A stretch of 64,000 bases of DNA from Patescibacteria group bacterium (GTDB lineage: Bacteria; Patescibacteriota; Minisyncoccia; Phycocordibacterales; Phycocordibacteraceae). The position numbers and the translations under genes were made by a program. The stretch covers positions 56,486-120,485 of the forward strand of contig JAIELV010000001.1 of the NCBI GenBank assembly GCA_019752595.1, given 5' to 3'. Below the pieces are notes generated by a model. That model made no database searches and was not told where the DNA came from. It was given only the letters and a program-made list of their open reading frames with translations. Each line of letters starts with the position of its first letter. Positions within the stretch are counted from its first letter, which is position 1. Shown in pieces: positions 26,301 to 34,926 of this stretch.

Positions 26301-27085
26301 AGCGTCCTCCAAAGGCAGCTGCAGTGCTCTCACGCGTCTCAGGTGAAGTCATTGAAATCAAAGAAGAGCCAGGCAAGAAAACGGTGGTGATTCTTCCTGA
26401 TGTCGGCTCGAAAGAAGTTTCAAAGACCCGCGATAAGATTGAGTACGAAGTTCCTCCGCGTCGCGTTGCATTGGTGAAAGTTGGTTCAAGGGTTGAGCGT
26501 GGCGACATGGTTACCGACGGCTCGGTGAACCTTGATGAGTTGTTTGAACTCGCTGGCCCTTCACGTTTGCAGGAGTACATGATTGACGAAGTCTCGAAGA
26601 TTTACGACCTCCAGGGTGCGTCTGTGTCGCACAAGCACATGGAAGTCATCATTCGTCAGATGTTCTCACGTGTTGAAGTGACTGATCCCGCTTCCAGTTC
26701 GCACGTGGTCGGCGAAATGCTTGAAATGGGCACTGCGCACGCACTCAATAAAGAGTTGGAAGAAGCGGGTAAAGAGCCAATTAAGTATGAGCCGTTGGTG
26801 TTGGGTATTACTGAAGTTTCATTGAACAGAAAGAGCTTCCTTTCGGCAGCATCATTCCAGCACACAACCCGCACGCTTATTACGGCCGCACTCAAAGGTA
26901 CAACCGACATGCTTACAGGGCTTAAGGAAAACGTCATCATCGGTCGTTTGATTCCTGCAGGAACAGGTTTCAAGGGTTCAAAGAAATACGAAGTTATTCA
27001 GGCCTTCCAGAAAGACCGAGCTATCAAAATGGAAGCTATGATGGCGGATGAGGAGGCACGCGAGAGAATTGCGGACATTGCCTAG
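23366..27085 (+). CDS. rpoC: DNA-directed RNA polymerase beta' subunit
   Basis: Zinc-binding CX2C...CX2C N-terminus, the NADFDGDQMAVH catalytic motif and the rest of the RpoC architecture. Confidence 0.98.
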   Translation: MDQKKGKIIDTSRFDWIALKVASPERILDWSWGEIRKPETINYRTQRSEKDGLFDERIFGPERDFECYCGKYKGPRFRGIICEKCGVEVTRSIVRRDRMGHIELATPVAHIWFLRSVPSRIALILGTSAIDAEKVVYFAGYIVTKLHTEERDRLLRELESEYKAKVKAVTNDKAQTELKSLMTAAKADIDRIRPGVVLDEMEYHRFSVKYGTFFEAGIGAEAIYTIFKGLDMDKLAKELETNLLKAGAAEREKLNKRLSLVRSMIKANVRPEWMFLTRIPVTPPALRPMVALESGRHATSDVNDLYRRVINRNNRLMKLRDISAPEVILRNEKRILQEAVDALLDNTIRRGGAAFSAQSQAQRRPLKSLADYLKSKQGYFRFNLLGKRVDYSGRSVIVVGPDLDLDECGLPKKMALELFRPFVIAKLLDRELAHNIRGAGRLIEEGIPEVWAILEEVIKGKHVLLNRAPTLHRQGIQAFRPRLIEGNAIQLHPLVCPAFNADFDGDQMAVHVPLSEEAQMEAATIMSAARNVLKPGSGQPVIFEKPLDIALGIYWMTRDKSGEKGEGKFFPSPNAAILAYDFGDVGIHAKILVEPTEGNAKYAQFKGQRFETTIGRLLFNSALPKDYPYINSEVRKKELSKLVDDVIKVYGLQQTPKILDKIKHYGFQFATRSGVSFSFDDLAVPEAKKKIIHDARTEAQEISDQYENGLLTADEKLRLTVEVWQKAIGDIEKEILPALDKNSSVYTMVVSGARGSARQLSQMAGMKGLVTNTKGEVIEFPVVSSMKEGLTPTEYFTTTHGSRKGLTDTALKTAHAGYLTRRLFDVAQDITVSVDDCGAKAGITVRRIRPSGIEADLAKLIVGRVLAREVEAGGKTFKKGTLLNIEEAKMIAATDIAEVAVRSPMGCIAEKGICQKCYGADLATRELIDIGEAVGTIAAQAIGEPGTQLTMRTFHTGGVATIGGDITHGLPRVEELFDKRPPKAAAVLSRVSGEVIEIKEEPGKKTVVILPDVGSKEVSKTRDKIEYEVPPRRVALVKVGSRVERGDMVTDGSVNLDELFELAGPSRLQEYMIDEVSKIYDLQGASVSHKHMEVIIRQMFSRVEVTDPASSSHVVGEMLEMGTAHALNKELEEAGKEPIKYEPLVLGITEVSLNRKSFLSAASFQHTTRTLITAALKGTTDMLTGLKENVIIGRLIPAGTGFKGSKKYEVIQAFQKDRAIKMEAMMADEEARERIADIA

Positions 27086-27121
27086 TTCGCACCTGCGGAC
27101 GCCGATTCGTTCTCACACTCT

Positions 27122-28840
27122 ATGAGCGACACGGTAGAAAAAATAAAAGAACGGCTCTCCATCAAGGATGTCGTGGAGCCGTATGTGAAACTAACCCGTG
27201 CCGGTAAATACTGGAAGGGTCTTTCACCATTCACGAAAGAGAAAACAGCATCGTTTTTCGTTTCTCCTGACCGTGGGCTCTACCACTGCTTCTCAACAGG
27301 GAAAGGTGGAGATATGTTTACGTTCATTCAAGAAATGGAGGGCGTGGACTTCAAGGGCTCTCTGAAAATGCTCGCGGAAAAAGCGGGCGTGCAATTGGTG
27401 TACGAATCTCCCGCAAAATCAGACGAACGCGAACAAGTCTTAAAAGCCCTTGTATCAGCAAAAGATTATTTCGTATCGCGCCTCAAAACCCATACAGACG
27501 CAGAAAAGTATCTTTTGGATCGAGGGCTTCTACAGAAAACGATAGACGAGTGGCATATCGGATATTCCGAAAACGAATGGCGCGCGCTTTCAGATGAACT
27601 ACAGAAACAGGGGATTTCGGAAGTCATACTTGAAAAGGCAGGACTGGTGAAAAAACCCGATGCGGAAACCGCAGGAAGCGAACTCAAACGCCCGTATGAT
27701 CGTTTCCGTGGGCGTGTGATGTTTCCGATTCTCGACATTTCAAACCGCGTTGTCGGTTTTTCAGGACGCGTATTGGTTGAGGATAAAAATCAACCAGGGG
27801 CAAAGTACCTGAATTCACCCGAAACGGATGTCTTTGATAAATCCCGCGCGCTCTACGGTATTCATGTTGCTCGCGACGGTATCCGCTCATTAGGCTCAGC
27901 CCTTCTTGTAGAAGGGCAATTGGATTTGCTTTTGGCACATCAGGCGGGATACAAAAACACTGTTGCTACATCAGGTACCGCGTTTACCGAAAAGCACGCT
28001 GAACTTATAAAGAGGTACACGCAAAACTTATTGATTGCCTACGATGGTGATAGGGCAGGAATTGCAGCGGCTGGGCGCGCTGCGGGGATTGCGCTTCAGG
28101 CAGGAATGAACGTGAAAATAGCGAAGTTCCCCGCAGGTATGGACCCTGCAGATTTGCTTTCAAAAACCCCTGAATTATTTAAGACAGCCGTACGAGAGGC
28201 GATGCACGTTGTTGATTTTTACATCTCTCACATAACGGATGCAAAGTATGACCAGCGCACGTTTAGGCTCGAGGTATCGCGCACTGTGCTTCCGTTTGTC
28301 GCATTGATACCAAATAAAATCGATCAAGCGCATTTTGTGAATCGTGTTGCGCAAGCGCTCTCCGTCTCTGAAGAGGCAGTGAAGGGCGAGCTTGCAAAAC
28401 TTCTGAAACCAACAGTTGGTGTCACGCATGTTGCATCAGAAAAACTTGCAGAGCCGTTTTTGTCTCGCGTCGATACCATAGAACGTTTGGTCTTTGGATT
28501 GTATCTTTTGTTTACCGAGCGTGGTGCAGTTGAAGAGAAAGAAAAAACAGAAAAAGTACTCCGCGCGACAATTGGTGACAGTCGGTTTGAAGAACTCGTG
28601 CATGCTTCTGAGAGTCATCGCGGGGCTCTGTTTGAGGCTGATTTGTTCCTTACTCGCGACAAACCAGAAGATGCGCGTGATGCTATAGCGGATGCGTACG
28701 CAGATTTGGAGCGTGAAGCACTGCACGAAATGTACCGAACAACACTTTCTGCACTTCGTATTGCGGAGAATACAAATGATTCCGAGTCGATGGAGGTGCA
28801 CATGAAGGAGTTGGCGCGCCTTGCAACACTTATCAAATAA
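27122..28840 (+). CDS. dnaG: DNA primase
   Basis: CHC2 zinc finger (YHCFSTGKGGD) and a TOPRIM domain (EGQLDLL...YDGDRAG). Confidence 0.95.
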   Translation: MSDTVEKIKERLSIKDVVEPYVKLTRAGKYWKGLSPFTKEKTASFFVSPDRGLYHCFSTGKGGDMFTFIQEMEGVDFKGSLKMLAEKAGVQLVYESPAKSDEREQVLKALVSAKDYFVSRLKTHTDAEKYLLDRGLLQKTIDEWHIGYSENEWRALSDELQKQGISEVILEKAGLVKKPDAETAGSELKRPYDRFRGRVMFPILDISNRVVGFSGRVLVEDKNQPGAKYLNSPETDVFDKSRALYGIHVARDGIRSLGSALLVEGQLDLLLAHQAGYKNTVATSGTAFTEKHAELIKRYTQNLLIAYDGDRAGIAAAGRAAGIALQAGMNVKIAKFPAGMDPADLLSKTPELFKTAVREAMHVVDFYISHITDAKYDQRTFRLEVSRTVLPFVALIPNKIDQAHFVNRVAQALSVSEEAVKGELAKLLKPTVGVTHVASEKLAEPFLSRVDTIERLVFGLYLLFTERGAVEEKEKTEKVLRATIGDSRFEELVHASESHRGALFEADLFLTRDKPEDARDAIADAYADLEREALHEMYRTTLSALRIAENTNDSESMEVHMKELARLATLIK

Positions 28841-28859
28841 AGCTAAAGTGGCTTGATAT

Positions 28860-30122
28860 ATGGCTAAAAAGAAGAAAGCAAAGAAAGTGAAGGTGGCAAA
28901 GAAAGCCAAAAAACCTCTTAAAAAGCTTGCCCGCCGAAGCCTTGGCGCAGGCGGGAAGGTTGTTCGTGTGAAGAAGGCAAAAGGGAAAAAAGCTCCCGCG
29001 AAATCGAAGAAGGTCGTTGCTAAAGTAGTAAAAAAGCCTGCAGGAAAGAAGCGTGCTCAACTTGAGGCAAAAGCTGACAAACTGGTTTTCAAAGGTAAGG
29101 AGCGTGGCTACGTAACCTATAACGAGATTTTAAAGGAATTTCCAACGATTGAGGAAGACGTAGTGTTCCTTGAAGAACTGTATGAACGCCTCTCATCTTC
29201 AGGTGTTGACGTCTTGGAGTCGGGTGGCATGCTTGAGGAAGTCCCAGATGAGGTGGTGATGCGTGGCGGTTACCGTGGCGAAGGTTCTGCGCACGATTCA
29301 ATACAGATGTACCTACGCGAAATCGGGCAATATCCGCTTTTGACCGCACAGGAAGAGCGGGATTTGGCGAAGCGTATTTCAATAGGCGAGGACGAGGCAA
29401 AAAACTTGCTCGCACGCGCAAACCTCCGCTTGGTGGTCTCTATTGCAAAAAAGTATGCGTCGCGCTCTTCCGATCTTTCGCTTCTCGACCTGATTCAAGA
29501 GGGTAACCTCGGTTTGTTCAAAGCAGTTGATAAATTCGACTTCACCAAAGGATTCAAATTCTCCACATACGCTACATGGTGGATTAGGCAGGCGATTACA
29601 CGCGCTTTGGCAGATCAATCTCGCACCATCCGCATTCCTGTGCACATGGTTGAAACGATTGCGAAGTATAAACAGATTGTTCGCCGCTTAGAGCAGGATT
29701 TGGGTCGCGACCCGATGCCTGAAGAAATTGCGGGTGAGATGGGTGTGGACGTGGAGAAGGTGTATCAGATTGAACAAATCAATCAAGAAACACTTTCATT
29801 GGAAGCGCCGATTTCATCATCAGATGACGACGACGCATCAGCGCGAGGCGATTTCGTTGCAGACCAAAGCATGCCGACCCCAGACCAAGAAACTGCACAC
29901 CGTATTTTGGTTGAGCAGCTTCATGAAATTTTGGACGACCTCACTCCAAAAGAGCGCAAAATTCTTGCTATGCGTCACGGGCTTGAAGACGGCATCTATC
30001 ATACCCTTGAAGAAGTAGGTCAGGAATTCGGTGTTACCCGCGAGCGTATTCGCCAAATTGAAGCAAAAGCGTTGGATAAAATTCGTACGCACCAAAAAGC
30101 CAAGAAGCTGAGGAGTTACTAA
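28860..30122 (+). CDS. rpoD: RNA polymerase sigma-70 factor with lysine-rich H1-like N-terminal extension
   Basis: Regions 1.2-4.2 are conserved ([32 protein letters not shown], region 4 [21 protein letters not shown]). The first ~70 aa are KAKK-rich instead of the acidic region 1.1. Confidence 0.95.
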   Translation: MAKKKKAKKVKVAKKAKKPLKKLARRSLGAGGKVVRVKKAKGKKAPAKSKKVVAKVVKKPAGKKRAQLEAKADKLVFKGKERGYVTYNEILKEFPTIEEDVVFLEELYERLSSSGVDVLESGGMLEEVPDEVVMRGGYRGEGSAHDSIQMYLREIGQYPLLTAQEERDLAKRISIGEDEAKNLLARANLRLVVSIAKKYASRSSDLSLLDLIQEGNLGLFKAVDKFDFTKGFKFSTYATWWIRQAITRALADQSRTIRIPVHMVETIAKYKQIVRRLEQDLGRDPMPEEIAGEMGVDVEKVYQIEQINQETLSLEAPISSSDDDDASARGDFVADQSMPTPDQETAHRILVEQLHEILDDLTPKERKILAMRHGLEDGIYHTLEEVGQEFGVTRERIRQIEAKALDKIRTHQKAKKLRSY

Positions 30123-30126
30123 TTGT

Positions 30127-30525
30127 ATGGATCGCTCTCATCAGGAGTCTGTGACTGAAACACTTGGGGAGTCAGAAGTGGAGCCTCTTTCTGTAGCGAC
30201 TTCGTTTCGGGAACGTTCGTTTCAGAGGCTTCGAACAATGTATCGAGATACAAAAAAATTTGCTGGAGATTTTAGACGAGGCTCTCTTACTACGCTTGGC
30301 GATATGTCCGATGGTGTAAATACGCTCTCGTTGTATGGTGGTGTGGGTAGTGTTGCCCTCTTTGTCACAGGAGTGGGTGCGCGTTTATTTAATCTCGATG
30401 ATGCAACTAATCTCTTTAGTGAAGCAGCCATTGTAACTGGTACTGTTGGTGGTTTTTTGTCTGTCACTACCGCGCTTGCTACGGACTCTTTTACGCGAAA
30501 TCTACGTCATATGGCGCGCCTGTGA
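30127..30525 (+). CDS. hypothetical small protein with glycine-zipper segments
   Basis: GGVGSVALFVTGVGA and TGTVGGFLSVTTALA show GxxxG-type repeats. Stop overlaps the next start (TGATG). Confidence 0.5.
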   Translation: MDRSHQESVTETLGESEVEPLSVATSFRERSFQRLRTMYRDTKKFAGDFRRGSLTTLGDMSDGVNTLSLYGGVGSVALFVTGVGARLFNLDDATNLFSEAAIVTGTVGGFLSVTTALATDSFTRNLRHMARL

Positions 30526-30782
30526 TGCATATGCATACGGAAGAGCTCTTGTTGACCAAGAAAGTGCCTCCCTCTAGAAAAATTCTTGAGCGTTTGTACA
30601 TACAAACCGCTGTTGTAGTGAATTTTGCCTCGAGCGGAGTTGCAGGAGTTGCAATTTCACGAACCCTCGAGACAGGGAATTTAGTACCAGGAGCCATAGG
30701 TGTCGGAGTTGCCGTGTTTAACGCGAAAACACTTCTTTCAATTGCAAAACATCTTGAGGATCAAAAAAGCAGAGGTGAATAA
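30525..30782 (+). CDS. hypothetical small protein with glycine-zipper segments (paralogue-like of the preceding ORF)
   Basis: SSGVAGVAISRT and PGAIGVGVAVFNA. ATG at 30525; the track gives a GTG at 30522. Confidence 0.5.
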   Translation: MHMHTEELLLTKKVPPSRKILERLYIQTAVVVNFASSGVAGVAISRTLETGNLVPGAIGVGVAVFNAKTLLSIAKHLEDQKSRGE

Positions 30783-30816
30783 TCAAAATTCCTCCTTTCG
30801 TTTATACTAAGACGTA

Positions 30817-31665
30817 GTGAGAAAAAAGAGAAAATACCCCATTAAACATTGGAGCTTTTCCTCCTTGATGTCTTTTCTGAGAAACCCGCTTGCGTGGCGC
30901 AAACGCTACGTGGAGGGGGTTTATGACATGCCTTCAACCCCCGCAGGTGTTATTGGGCGCTCTGGCCATATCGCACTTCAGCACTTTTACAGTGGTATTC
31001 CGAAAGAGGAATCAATACAACAAGGACTCGAGTATTTGAGACGTATTTCGGACACCGATATTAACTTCGGTGTCGCAAAATCAAAGCGCGCACAAAAAGA
31101 AAAACGAGCGTCAATGGAACGCGACTATATTCAAGCGGTTGGTTTCTATCTCGAACGACCACCGCGTCATAAAGTCATAGCAGTTGAAAGTGTGGGGACT
31201 GCGCATGTCCCAGGCCTCGCGCTCCCTGTGAAAGCGATTTCAGATTTAGTGGTTGAGTCAAAACTTGATCCCAAAGCCGTTGATATTGTCGACCATAAAT
31301 TTGTAGACTCATTCAGTACGCTTGGTTCCGAAAAACCTCTTTTCATTATTCAGGCAATTTTTAATTACTACACCGTACTTTCCGAATTCAAACGCCCCGT
31401 CAAAAGATTTATTTTTCAGGAGTGTAAAAAGCGGAAGAACAAGGACGGCAGTTCACAGATGAGAAAGCACATCATTCATTTTGAGGACTGCGAGGAGGAG
31501 TTTGCTGTCTTTCATCGCCTGTTATCGGACGCCACAGAAGAGATTACACGAAAACGGTTATACCTACCCAATCCTTCAGACATGTTTGAAGGCAAGAATT
31601 CCTTTGATATATATCGCCTTGGGCTAGTAGGGGATGAGGAAGAAGCTGTAGATACGGTCTCATAA
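30817..31665 (+). CDS. PD-(D/E)XK (RecB-family) nuclease-like protein
   Basis: N-terminal HWSFSSLMSFLRNPLAWRKRYV block, then GRSGHIALQHFY, motif II ISDLVV, motif III VDIVDHKF (D-x-K) and the QhxxY motif IIQAIFNYY. No Cas4-type Cys cluster. GTG start. Confidence 0.7.
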   Translation: MRKKRKYPIKHWSFSSLMSFLRNPLAWRKRYVEGVYDMPSTPAGVIGRSGHIALQHFYSGIPKEESIQQGLEYLRRISDTDINFGVAKSKRAQKEKRASMERDYIQAVGFYLERPPRHKVIAVESVGTAHVPGLALPVKAISDLVVESKLDPKAVDIVDHKFVDSFSTLGSEKPLFIIQAIFNYYTVLSEFKRPVKRFIFQECKKRKNKDGSSQMRKHIIHFEDCEEEFAVFHRLLSDATEEITRKRLYLPNPSDMFEGKNSFDIYRLGLVGDEEEAVDTVS

Positions 31666-31677
31666 TTTCTGAGTGCT

Positions 31678-31703
31678 CTCTGATATGATATATCATATCA
31701 GAG
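31678..31703. repeat. perfect 26-bp AT-rich palindrome ctcTGATATGATATATCATATCAgag (copy 1 of a recurring element)
   Basis: Perfect inverted symmetry read directly from the sequence. It shares a 22-bp core, CTGATATGATATATCATATCAG, with the element at 46350-46387. Lies between convergent genes. Confidence 0.8.
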
Positions 31704-31732
31704 CAACAATACGCTTTCACCATACGTTCAAT

Positions 31733-31759
31733 AAAAAACGCCCTCCAGGGGCGTTTTTG
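31733..31759. terminator. bidirectional intrinsic terminator
   Basis: A6-cgccct-cca-ggggcg-T5 hairpin between the convergent nuclease and dsbA-like genes. Confidence 0.65.
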
Positions 31760-31775
31760 TATTCGTCGGGAAACG

Positions 31776-32501
31776 TTAGATGTTTGCCTCAATGAGTTTG
31801 TCTATGTAGTCAAAGGGCTGTGCTCCTGGGATTTCAATGTTCTTGCCGTTTTTCAACACAAGGTTATTGAACGGAGTACCCTGGCCTCCTGAATCAACAG
31901 CGTCATTTAACTCCTTCTCAATCTTTGCCCTGAATTTCTCGCTTGTGTAGCAGGACTGGAATGCACCTGCGTTCACGCCAACCTTTGCAACGGTTGCATC
32001 AAGCTTAGCGAAGTCAAACGGTGTGTTGAGAGGGGCGACTGCAAATACCTCGTCTAGGAATTTCCAGTACACGTCGTTACCACCAAGGTCTGCTACGCAC
32101 TCTGCCGCAAGCGCGAGTTTCGGTGCATTCGGGTGCAATTGTTCGAGAGGGAAGTTTCTGATAACCCATGCCACCTTTCCGCTTGCGCCGTATTTCGCCA
32201 TAACTTCCTTCATGGTGTTATGGAATTGCTTGCAGAATGGACACTCAAGGTCAGTGTATTCAACGATAATCAATTCTGCGTTCGGGTTTCCAATGATGTG
32301 GTCATCCGCAGTTACTTTCGGAACTGGCTTTCCTGCCGCTTGGGTGCCACCTTGCTGGGCTCCTTGGTTAAATGAGTAATCACCGCTTGTGCCTGCGCTA
32401 CCTCCGCCAAAATACATTGCGGCTGCTATCAAGGCTCCCGCGATTACGATTGCTATCGGAGTGCCCATCTTTTCCATGTCTATTTTTCCTGTTTCAGTCA
32501 T
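31776..32501 (-). CDS. DsbA-family thiol:disulfide oxidoreductase, membrane-anchored
   Basis: N-terminal TM helix, then a thioredoxin fold with a CPFC active site. Confidence 0.75.
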   Translation of the reverse strand: MTETGKIDMEKMGTPIAIVIAGALIAAAMYFGGGSAGTSGDYSFNQGAQQGGTQAAGKPVPKVTADDHIIGNPNAELIIVEYTDLECPFCKQFHNTMKEVMAKYGASGKVAWVIRNFPLEQLHPNAPKLALAAECVADLGGNDVYWKFLDEVFAVAPLNTPFDFAKLDATVAKVGVNAGAFQSCYTSEKFRAKIEKELNDAVDSGGQGTPFNNLVLKNGKNIEIPGAQPFDYIDKLIEANI

Positions 32502-32561
32502 AGGTTTTAATTATTTGATACGTGTTACGATAATACCACATTCGGAAATTCGTCTATACAC

Positions 32562-33374
32562 ATGAATGAAACGCTCTCCTATGCAATTCTAGGGCTCGTA
32601 CAGGGCCTTACGGAGTTCCTCCCCGTCTCATCTTCGGGGCATTTGGTGGTCATGCGGGACCTCCTTTCGGTGTTTGAGAACGGATTGGCGGTTGACGCTG
32701 TATTCCAGCTCGCAACCGTACTCGCGGTCATTGTTTATTTTTGGAAAGATCTGCTGAACTTGTTTTACACAGCGCTCTATAAAATGACAGGGCGCGCTGT
32801 TAAACCTGAAGACGAACGGCTCCTACTTGCACTTATTATCGGCACTATTCCCGCATTTGTTGTGGGGCTCTTTCTAGAAAGCGCGATGGAGACCGCTTTC
32901 AGAAGTCCGTATCTCGTGGCGTACACGCTTCTCGTTGGTTCTCTTATCATGCTTGCTGCTGAATATGCATCGGTAAAATTTGCAACAAAAAAAGAGCTAG
33001 GAGGAACTTCGTGGAAAGACGGGCTTATTGTAGGAGTGTTCCAAGCGCTCGCGCTCGTTCCAGGTATGAGCCGTTCAGGTATGACAATTTCAGGCGGGCT
33101 TTTCTTAGGGCTTTCGCGCGAAACCGCTGCGCGGTTTGGTTTTTTGCTCGCGGTTCCGATTATCGCGGGTTCGGGCTTGAAAAAACTGCTTGAACTCTGG
33201 TGGGGTGGGGAATTGGTTGCGCTTGGTGCGCCGATACTTGTGGGGAGCGTGGTGGCATTTTTTAGCGGACTTCTGGCAATTCATTTCCTCCTGATGTTTC
33301 TCCGCAATCAACCGCTCTATATTTTCGTGGCGTACCGCGTGCTTCTTGCGGGCGTCATTCTCTTTTTCCTCTAA
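32562..33374 (+). CDS. uppP: undecaprenyl-diphosphate phosphatase
   Basis: LGLVQGLTEFLPVSSSGHL and PGMSRSGMTISGGLFLG BacA/UppP motifs. Confidence 0.9.
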   Translation: MNETLSYAILGLVQGLTEFLPVSSSGHLVVMRDLLSVFENGLAVDAVFQLATVLAVIVYFWKDLLNLFYTALYKMTGRAVKPEDERLLLALIIGTIPAFVVGLFLESAMETAFRSPYLVAYTLLVGSLIMLAAEYASVKFATKKELGGTSWKDGLIVGVFQALALVPGMSRSGMTISGGLFLGLSRETAARFGFLLAVPIIAGSGLKKLLELWWGGELVALGAPILVGSVVAFFSGLLAIHFLLMFLRNQPLYIFVAYRVLLAGVILFFL

Positions 33375-33433
33375 ACTCCTCACCAAAGATGCGTATTTGA
33401 CATTCAGTATCTTGATGTCAAAATAGAAATGTA

Positions 33434-33820
33434 GTGTACGCTACACCTTTTATGCGCAATGGAGAAAAAGTACAACTACCGTCCGATGAACGCTCTAGCA
33501 GGCGTCGCTTTGGCTTGGTTATGAGCTTCGTGGTTGGCGCTGGGGTTGCGGTTGGGGTGCCCGTTTGGAAAGAGATGAATCGGCAGATAAATGCACGAAT
33601 TGAAATGGAGGTTGCGACAAGGTTGTATCAGGCAACCAAAGAAGAACGTCGTGCCGGGTTTGTTGATGGTATCTGTGCTTCACGAGACATAGGCGTACTT
33701 GACCTCGGAACACGTCAGGGCACAAACGTTGAAGCTACGGGCTCGTATAGCACTGACGCAGAGAATGCTGGTCATGAAATAGCAATGGCCCTAGGCGAGT
33801 GCGGAAGAATTGCCGAGTAG
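33434..33820 (+). CDS. hypothetical protein with N-terminal signal anchor
   Basis: GTG at 33434; alternative ATG at 33452. Hydrophobic MSFVVGAGVAVGV segment. Confidence 0.4.
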   Translation: MYATPFMRNGEKVQLPSDERSSRRRFGLVMSFVVGAGVAVGVPVWKEMNRQINARIEMEVATRLYQATKEERRAGFVDGICASRDIGVLDLGTRQGTNVEATGSYSTDAENAGHEIAMALGECGRIAE

Positions 33821-33921
33821 ACCTAATTCGAAGGTATTGACAAAGCATATAGATATGCTATTATGAATATAACTTCGCCTCCGCCTTTAAGGAGCGGGGG
33901 AACTTAATAAAAATATATAGT

Positions 33922-34308
33922 ATGGATAAAAAATTTATGTTGTTGGCAGCTGGCGGTGCAGCACTTGCACTTTCTGCATGCGAACAGAGCCCGATAAATG
34001 CTGGCACGTCACAGTTTTGTGGTGCAGTCGGCGCAGAGCGCAACATTGCAGATAAGGCAGGGGACGCCGCAGAAATTGCCGCATTCGCAGTTGGTCAGTC
34101 AGAAGGAGGTGCCTTTCAGACCCCTCCGACGGTTGCACAACTTGCGGCTCGTACGACTACGTGTGAAGCTGGGGACTTTCAGGCAGCGTATGCACTTGCT
34201 CGTGGGGAGTATGGCTATGCGGGCGATATACAGATTGCGCAGGTATTTCGCTCACGGTTTCCCGAAGAAGTGGCTCGTGCTCAAGAAGCAGCACGTGAAG
34301 CAGAATAA
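33922..34308 (+). CDS. hypothetical lipoprotein
   Basis: Signal peptide with a lipobox (LALSAC), followed by an Ala-rich mature region. Confidence 0.5.
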   Translation: MDKKFMLLAAGGAALALSACEQSPINAGTSQFCGAVGAERNIADKAGDAAEIAAFAVGQSEGGAFQTPPTVAQLAARTTTCEAGDFQAAYALARGEYGYAGDIQIAQVFRSRFPEEVARAQEAAREAE

Positions 34309-34310
34309 TT

Positions 34311-34338
34311 TTAAACCCCGCTTCGGCGGGGTTTTTTG
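34311..34338. terminator. bidirectional intrinsic terminator
   Basis: AAA-ccccg-cttcgg-cgggg-T6 hairpin between convergent genes. Confidence 0.7.
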
Positions 34339-34351
34339 TTAGAAGGCAGGC

Positions 34352-34921
34352 TTAAAACGGAAGTGTATGCGTGAGTTTCGCTTTCTCAGCTGATTCCCAT
34401 TTTGAAGTATCAATTGGGATATCTTTTTTCTTGCCGAGGTCAGTGTAGTGAAGCTTACCGTTTTTGAGCGCGTATTCGTATACCTCCTTGGTTATCTTTA
34501 CATCCTCAATGCAGTACTTAATTACTTTCTCGTATTCACCTGCTTCCCACCATTTCACCGCATCCAATCCGCTTCCGATTTTTCCTTTACCCAAGGTTGC
34601 TTGTGCGATTGAATCAAGTTTTAGTCTGCGTCCCAGTACATTCCTCACTTCAACCAAAAGGTCGAGGCTTCGAAGTTTCGTCAAATCACCTGCGTAGTAG
34701 CGGTTCAGAATTGGTATATCGAAATGGTCGGAGTTGTACCCAATTAAAAGGTCGGCGCGCTCCAATATCTGCCAGAGTTGCGGGAGCTGTTCGACTGTAT
34801 ACGAAGAGTATTGATCAGTCTCTGAATCATGAATGCAGGCAACAGTAAGATTCATGGAGTTTGGATCGAATGCACCCAAAGTACCCGAAGTGGTTTCGAT
34901 GTCGAGAGTAATTTTTCGCAT
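34352..34921 (-). CDS. DEDD-family (RNase H-like fold) 3'-5' exonuclease, YprB/PolB-exo-like
   Basis: Exo I LDIETT, Exo II YNSDHFDIPIL and Exo III YCIEDVKITKEVY (Y-x3-D). Confidence 0.7.
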   Translation of the reverse strand: MRKITLDIETTSGTLGAFDPNSMNLTVACIHDSETDQYSSYTVEQLPQLWQILERADLLIGYNSDHFDIPILNRYYAGDLTKLRSLDLLVEVRNVLGRRLKLDSIAQATLGKGKIGSGLDAVKWWEAGEYEKVIKYCIEDVKITKEVYEYALKNGKLHYTDLGKKKDIPIDTSKWESAEKAKLTHTLPF

Positions 34922-34926
34922 GTAGT

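Noticed and set aside
28436-28909. 157-aa minus-strand ORF spanning the dnaG 3' end and the rpoD 5' end
   Set aside because: It is generated by the AAG/AAA-rich lysine codons of the rpoD N-terminus read in reverse (Phe- and Leu-rich). No start context, and it overlaps two certain genes.
30817-31665. RecB-family nuclease as Cas4, implying a CRISPR locus
   Set aside because: It has no N-terminal Cys or C-terminal CX2CX5C Fe-S cluster, there are no cas genes, and there is no repeat-spacer array anywhere in the window.
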